Assembly (NCBI GenBank): GCA_900088475.1
Contig: FLMG01003868.1
Coordinates: 1 to 40,603, forward strand
Length of the DNA: 40,603 nucleotides
Source: Hyphochytrium catenoides
Taxonomy: Eukaryota; Protista; Hyphochytriomycota
Reading direction: 5' to 3'
The position numbers were made by a program, and so were the translations under genes. Positions 35,301-40,603 of the stretch are shown piece after piece (positions within the stretch are counted from its first letter, which is position 1; every line of letters begins with the position of its first letter). The notes beneath the pieces were generated by a model, which was given only the letters and a program-made list of their open reading frames with translations, was not told where the DNA came from and did no database searches.

Positions 35301-38201
35301 TACCTTCATCTTTGATGAGGCCAATATATCTCTAGCAGCTTTATTTCTTACGCTTTTTACGCACTTTCTTCACGTCTCTAGCCTTTTGGTTGGCGTAAAC
35401 ATTGAGCATCCAGTTGATAGGCCCGTGGAGAAAGTGTGCTGACTCTCTGTCCGTCTTTTCTTCTCTTAATCTCTCCTTCCTTCTCTCCCTCTCTCTTTTG
35501 GCAGGTGATCTTTACGGTCTCCATCAGCTGCCTGTAGACCTCTTGGTTGACCCTTACTGGGGAAGAATGGTCATTAACCCCTCAAGAGCGGCCCTTCTTG
35601 CTTCAGATACCTGGGCGACAGTGTCTATCTCATACAAAAAGGTAAGAGAGCTTGTTCATAGTCCGAAAGGCCCACAGCCCCGATAGGAAAAGGAGTTAGC
35701 GCTACTCTCTTAAGGAAAGAGAGAACAGCCCTAACCCTTCACGATCCCAGGACTTGCTTAGCAGCTCACCGCTCTGCCGTCTGCTTGAGCGCGCTCGACA
35801 CCCTTTCGCTACTTCTAATGGCGTCCCAATCGTTCTTCGGCGCAGCACACTTCTTCTCTCAGACAATAATTCCCATTTCAAGGTAGGCAACCCTTGCTCT
35901 TCTACTTTCCCTAGGCTCTTTCAGTTCTTCTAGGTCTGGCCTTCGTTAGTTCTAGCCGCATCCTTTGATTGGATACGTGGCAGAGTTGTTAACAACGTTA
36001 GCGCTCTACCACGCTCTCTTCTCTTGCGTAACGCCTGACGCTAAACAACTGAAATTTTGGGTTCCTCAACAGGCCAAGGCTGCTCTGCAGCGAAAGTACT
36101 TCCATATGGCTTATCCTGACCCGAACATCCCAATCTTCTCCTTTGTTGGCCGCGTCACCGAACAGAAAGGCGTGCATCTCATTCTTGACGCTGCGGGTAA
36201 GAACTCTAGCCTTGCTGCCTCACTGACTCCCATCTCCCCGCCGCTCATGGCCATCACCCATCTGACGCTATGACTTAAGTCTTTTTATCCTTTGGTCGAT
36301 ACGTTTGCTTTAACATTCATCAGTTGCTCTTGTCAGCCTGGGTGTCCCCTATTCTTTACCATCTCTTCAGCATCATCACCTTACTCTCGTCCGCCTGGCT
36401 GTCCCCTATTTCTTACCGCTCTTCTCACGTCTCTTCTTTTGCCGCTCCACAGAGCAAGTGATCCGCGAGACAGAAGGCAGGGTTCAAATTATCTGTGGCG
36501 GGCCCAGCAGTGAAGGAGATCCCTATGGCTCCTACTGCGCGGGTCGAATGCGCTGGCTGGCAAGAACATACTCTGGGTGCTTCTGGGCAGATCCAGGAGC
36601 TTTCTTCACTGACGGGCCGCTGGTCAACTTGGGCAGTGACTTCGGCCTGATGCCCTCGCTCTTCGAGCCAGGAGGTGAGACAGAGACACACCGTCAAAGG
36701 GATAGAAGGGAGCAGTCATATTATTGGATGTTGCCTTCTAGCTGACACCTCGTTTGCTGCCTACTCTTCTCAGTTCCTATGTTCTTTGAATCTAGTCCCG
36801 CATCTTGTGGCGATCTCGCTTTTGCTTTCACCCTTATGTGTGGGCTTTATTCTTTGCGGACTTCATTAGTTTCCGTCGCGTATCCCGCTGATGTCTGGTT
36901 CCTCAGGCATCGTCCAGCACGAATTCTTCAGCGCTGGAACTCCAGTCATTGCATTCAAGACAGGCGGGCTGAAAGACTCTGTCCATGTAAGTAGGGCAGA
37001 ATCACATCTCTACCGCTTCGCCTCCTTTGTCGCTCAATGGCCTTGTCTGTCTTAAGCTCGCTCACCGCCCAACGCCTTGTACTCCTTCCGTTCTGTCTAT
37101 GGTTTGATGCTGGTACATCCTACTGCTGTCTTCCTCTGCACACTCTCGTCAGCTGGTCTTGCACTTCACCTCTATCCTTTTCGTCAGCACATGCAGTATG
37201 TTTACTTCCGTCCAGGTGTCACTCACACTCACGATCTTCCTAATTTCCCTCGATAGGAATACTCCCCTTCAAGTCGCACCGGAAACGGGTTCACTTTTGA
37301 GGCGCACACTCCACACGATCTCATCGCTGCAATCCGCCGCGCTCTTTCAGTGTTCCGAGGAAGCTCCGGAGAATATCAGCATCTCAGGGCCAACGCGGCC
37401 GCATCCGTGATCGACGTGGCTGATGTGGCTGTCGCTTGGCTGTATGAGTTTGACAGGATCTGCAGGTAAGAAATGAGAGCACACTTGAACGTTTTTGCAG
37501 AAGGCCACTGGGAGAGTGGCCCATGGGCTGACCGGGTGAGAAAGAGAAGAGTGTAAGGCGCTGGAAGCCAGTCCGCGAGATTTATTGCCCATCTTTGCTT
37601 GAAAAAAGGCTGTTCCTATGCCTAACAATCAGTTCCTGTCTAGTGACTTGCTGCTGATTCCGCCGTCTTGTCCTATCTTCAGGTGCATAAATCTCCCTAT
37701 CTACACAGTCTTCCGGTACAGCGGTAAGCATCAGGGCCATATGTCGGTCGTGAAGTTAGTTGGATCCTTCAATCAGTGGAGTACGGCCAGCGCCGTTGAA
37801 TGCACATACAAAGAAGACCAAAACGAGTTCCAGGTGTGTCTCTTGTCTGTGTCTTGTCTGACTCTCTTACTCTCTCCAAAATCTCTTCTGCTCTCTCTTC
37901 ATTTCTTCTTGCTAGTCACTCCCTTTCTTCTCTTAGGCGCCATCTAAAAGCCAACGCTGCTTATATATGTCGTTCTCAGTGATTGGACTGCTCGAAGTGT
38001 TTCGACTCTCTTTGCCATTGATTACTAGGTTAGTCACTCTCTCTCTCGCAGGCTTCTATTCGTATGTACCCTGGTACCTACACGTACAAGTTCATTGTGG
38101 ACGGAGAATGGACGTGCGCGCACGAGTATCCTAAGGTGAAGGACGAGGAAGGGTCAGAGAATAACGTTGTGACTGTCTCCTATGGACCGTCAAGCAAGTA
38201 G
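26368..38201 (+). CDS. Multidomain alpha-glucan (glycogen/starch) synthase: GH13 alpha-amylase-like domain + GT5 glycosyltransferase + C-terminal AMPK-beta-type CBM48; many exons
   Basis: GH13-like: GYSTVYVMG, AKSQGMRIM, LLNYRK..TW, LGVGGVYVQQAQ, LLPGLPMTFIGEEEG, VFAFVR, LIASNFS. GT5: VFIAPELGRWSTVGGLGVMVDEL, ISPYY, IVTNDW, HLVHNL, FVGRVTEQKG, LMPSLFEPGGIVQHE (E-x7-E), AFKTGGLKDSV. CBM48: VKLVGSFNQW...PGTYTYKFIVDGEW...ENNVVTV. Stop TAG at 38199-38201. The start may lie further upstream (frame open from ~26200). Confidence 0.92.
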
Positions 38202-38433
38202 ATAACTGAGCAGGTTAGCCTTCTCGAGAAAGAGAAGGAAGTCCCAGACGGCCAGAGAGCTCTAAGATCTTATCAATAAGCCATAATGGTCTTCCCGCCT
38301 CTTTATAAAGATAGGCCACATCCTCGTCATCCTGTTTCTCTCTCTTCTCGCCTTTCCCAGTCTCTCCTTGTTCCCATCTCCTTTCTCTTCTTTGCTTCCT
38401 ATTTTCTACTCTCTCTCTCTTTCTGTCTCTCTC

Positions 38434-38481
<48 letters not shown>

Positions 38482-39080
38482 CTCTCTCTTGCGCGACCGC
38501 TTGCACGTCCCATAAATCGCCAGTAATGTTTCTCAGCTCTCAAACTGGGACGATAGTGCCGTTACCGGTCCTATTGGGTGAAAAGCCATCAGGTTGAAGC
38601 TCATCATCCATCCCCTGGGACCCAGGGCCCTGAGGGAGAGAGAGAGACAGACATCAGAACCTTCCACCCCGTCCTTGACTAGCAGAGAGAGAGAGGGAGA
38701 GAGAGAGAGAGAGGGAGAGAGTGAGAGAGAGAGAGTGAGTTAGAGAAACGAGGGAGGGGGGGAGCGAGAGAGAGAGAGTGTGAGAGAGGAGAAGAGAGGA
38801 AGAGAGAGAGAGAAGAAGAAGCGAGGTGATATGAGGGCAAGAGAAAAAGAGAAGCGACAAGAGATAGAGATAGGAAGACAGGAGAAGCGCCGGCCGGAAG
38901 CGCTTGAGAGCTGTAGAGGCATAGAGCCACTACCCGGCAGTCATCCCTCACACTGTTAAGAAGCAGAAAGCGCGATCCTAGACTTTCCGCCCCAGCGAAG
39001 TGTAGACAGGGGAGAAGTAGAAGAGTCTCTCTCTTTCTCGATTCAGCTCTACGCGCTCCACCGGGTCCGCTGCTTTGATC

Positions 39081-40465
39081 ATGAAGAGCTCCACTCGGAG
39101 CATGAGAACGGGCGTCCGTGCGCTAGCTCAAGGGCAAACTGGCAGGGCGTTCTCGTCATCTTCCCTGTCTTCTTCTCCTTCCTCCTCTTCTCCGTCCTCT
39201 GCCTCCCCTTCCTTGGCTGCTGCGGACTATGACCGATGGCTGAACTCGACAGCGAAGGCGAGGAAGCCTTCTCCGATCCGCTCCCTCATGCAGTTCGTGC
39301 GCCTGCCCGGGATGATCTCTCTGGGAGGGTAAGAGAACGAAGAGAGAAAGCAAAGAAAGAGAGGGTTAAAGGGGAGAAAGAGACAGAGAGAAGAGAGACA
39401 GGGAAGGAAGAAGAAGAAGATGGAGAGAAAGGAAAAGAGAGAGAGAGAGAGACAAAAAAGGAGTAAAAGAGAGACAAAGAAAGAGAGGAGAGAGAGAGAG
39501 AGAACGCCCAAAAAGCACTTCTTCACTACTTCTCCTCATCTCCCTTCGATCTCCCCTCTCTCTTTCGCTTGGTGTCCTTCCTCTCCCATCCCTCTCTCTC
39601 TCTCCTGTCTCTTCTTTTACCTAGAGGAATGCCGAACGCGTCAACGTTTCCTTTCTCTTCCTTGAAGGTGGGGCTTGCAGACGGCACTTCTCTCTCTGTC
39701 CCGCTGGAGGAGGCGCTTCAGTATTCCCCTACTAGAGGACTGCCGAGCCTGGTCAAACTGCTGGGAGAGATGCAGGAGAGAGAGCACTCGCCGCCGCCTC
39801 TTCCCTCTGGAGAGAGAGGAATGTCAGTGTATAAGAGATAGTAGCTTCGCTTCTTCCTTCCTTGTCCGTGTCAAAGAGTCCACTCTCTGCTTCTCTGGCT
39901 GTTCTCTCTTCATCCTCTGTCTCGCTCTCGCTCTTGGATGCCATTTCTGCTCTCTGTAGTTCCGTGGTGAATGCTCTCTCTCCCTGCCCTGTGAGCAGAC
40001 TTTAGGTGAAATTGTTGTTTATTTATGCTCTACGTTCCTCTTTGTCCCTTTCTTCCCTTCCTCTCTCCCTCTCCCTCCCTCTCTCTCTCTTCCTCCCTCT
40101 CTCTTTCTCCCTCCCTCTCTCTCCCTCTCTCTCCCTCTCTCTCCCTCTCTCCCTCCCTCCTCCCTCTCTTTCTTCTCTCTCTCTCTCTCTCTCTCNNNNT
40201 TCTTCTCCCCCCCTCTCTCTCTTTGTGATACAGCATCGTGACGACCGGCAGCCAGGACGCTCTTTCAAAGGCGTTTGAGATGCTCCTGACCCCTTCTTCC
40301 TCTCTCCTCGTGGAGAATCCTACCTACAGCGGCTCTCTTTCCGCTCTCTTCCCCTTGGGTTGTTCTCTTCAAAGTGTAGAGACTGACGGCCATGGAATGA
40401 AGCCTCAGGATTTAGAGAAGATCCTTGAAACCTGGGACGAGGAGAGAGATGGGGAGAGGCCTAGG
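39081..40465 (+). CDS. PLP-dependent alpha-aminoadipate/kynurenine aminotransferase (AADAT/KAT2/Aro8-like), 5' portion with a mitochondrial-presequence-like N-terminus; continues off the right edge
   Basis: Exons 39081-39328, 39625-39828, 40234-40465 with consistent phases: RKPSPIR...MISLGGGMPNASTFPF...ALQYSPTRGLP...IVTTGSQDALSKAFEML...LVENPTYSG...VETDGHGM.P. Confidence 0.9.
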
Positions 40466-40603
40466 GTATAGCCCATCCTTCTCTTTCTTTTTCCATTCTT
40501 CTTTCTGCCAAATGCCGTTTCCTCTTCCACTTGCTTTCTCTTGACCGGGCCTATCAATGCATTTACGCTAAAGACCTCCTCTTTCTCTCTCTCTCTCTCT
40601 CTC

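Noticed and set aside
1-40603. CRISPR arrays, tRNA/rRNA genes, prokaryotic operons or defence systems
   Set aside because: None seen; the window is intron-rich eukaryotic DNA and its repeats are microsatellites or two-copy repeats.

Overview
Eukaryotic (protist-like) draft genomic DNA with GT-AG spliceosomal introns, abundant (GA)/(CT) microsatellites and six N-gaps. The organism cannot be named from the sequence alone. Genes in order: 5' part of a carnitine/choline O-acyltransferase (-); a large intronless 2OG-Fe(II)-oxygenase-fold gene that has lost its metal ligands and is frameshifted in an (AG)n tract (+); a CFAP418/C8orf37 homolog (+); a bacterial-type RadA/Sms gene with 5 introns (-); an intronless signal peptide + temptin-like + cytochrome b561 fusion (+); a ~12 kb gene encoding an inactive GH13-like domain + GT5 glycogen/starch synthase + C-terminal CBM48 (+); and the 5' part of an alpha-aminoadipate/kynurenine aminotransferase (+). 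Between ~9.2 and 13.3 kb is a composite relic: two diverged ~770 bp direct repeats enclose a ~363 bp foldback hairpin and a decayed, spliced minus-strand gene with a GNAT-acetyltransferase-like motif. All protein calls come from motif recognition by eye, and exon boundaries were inferred manually.
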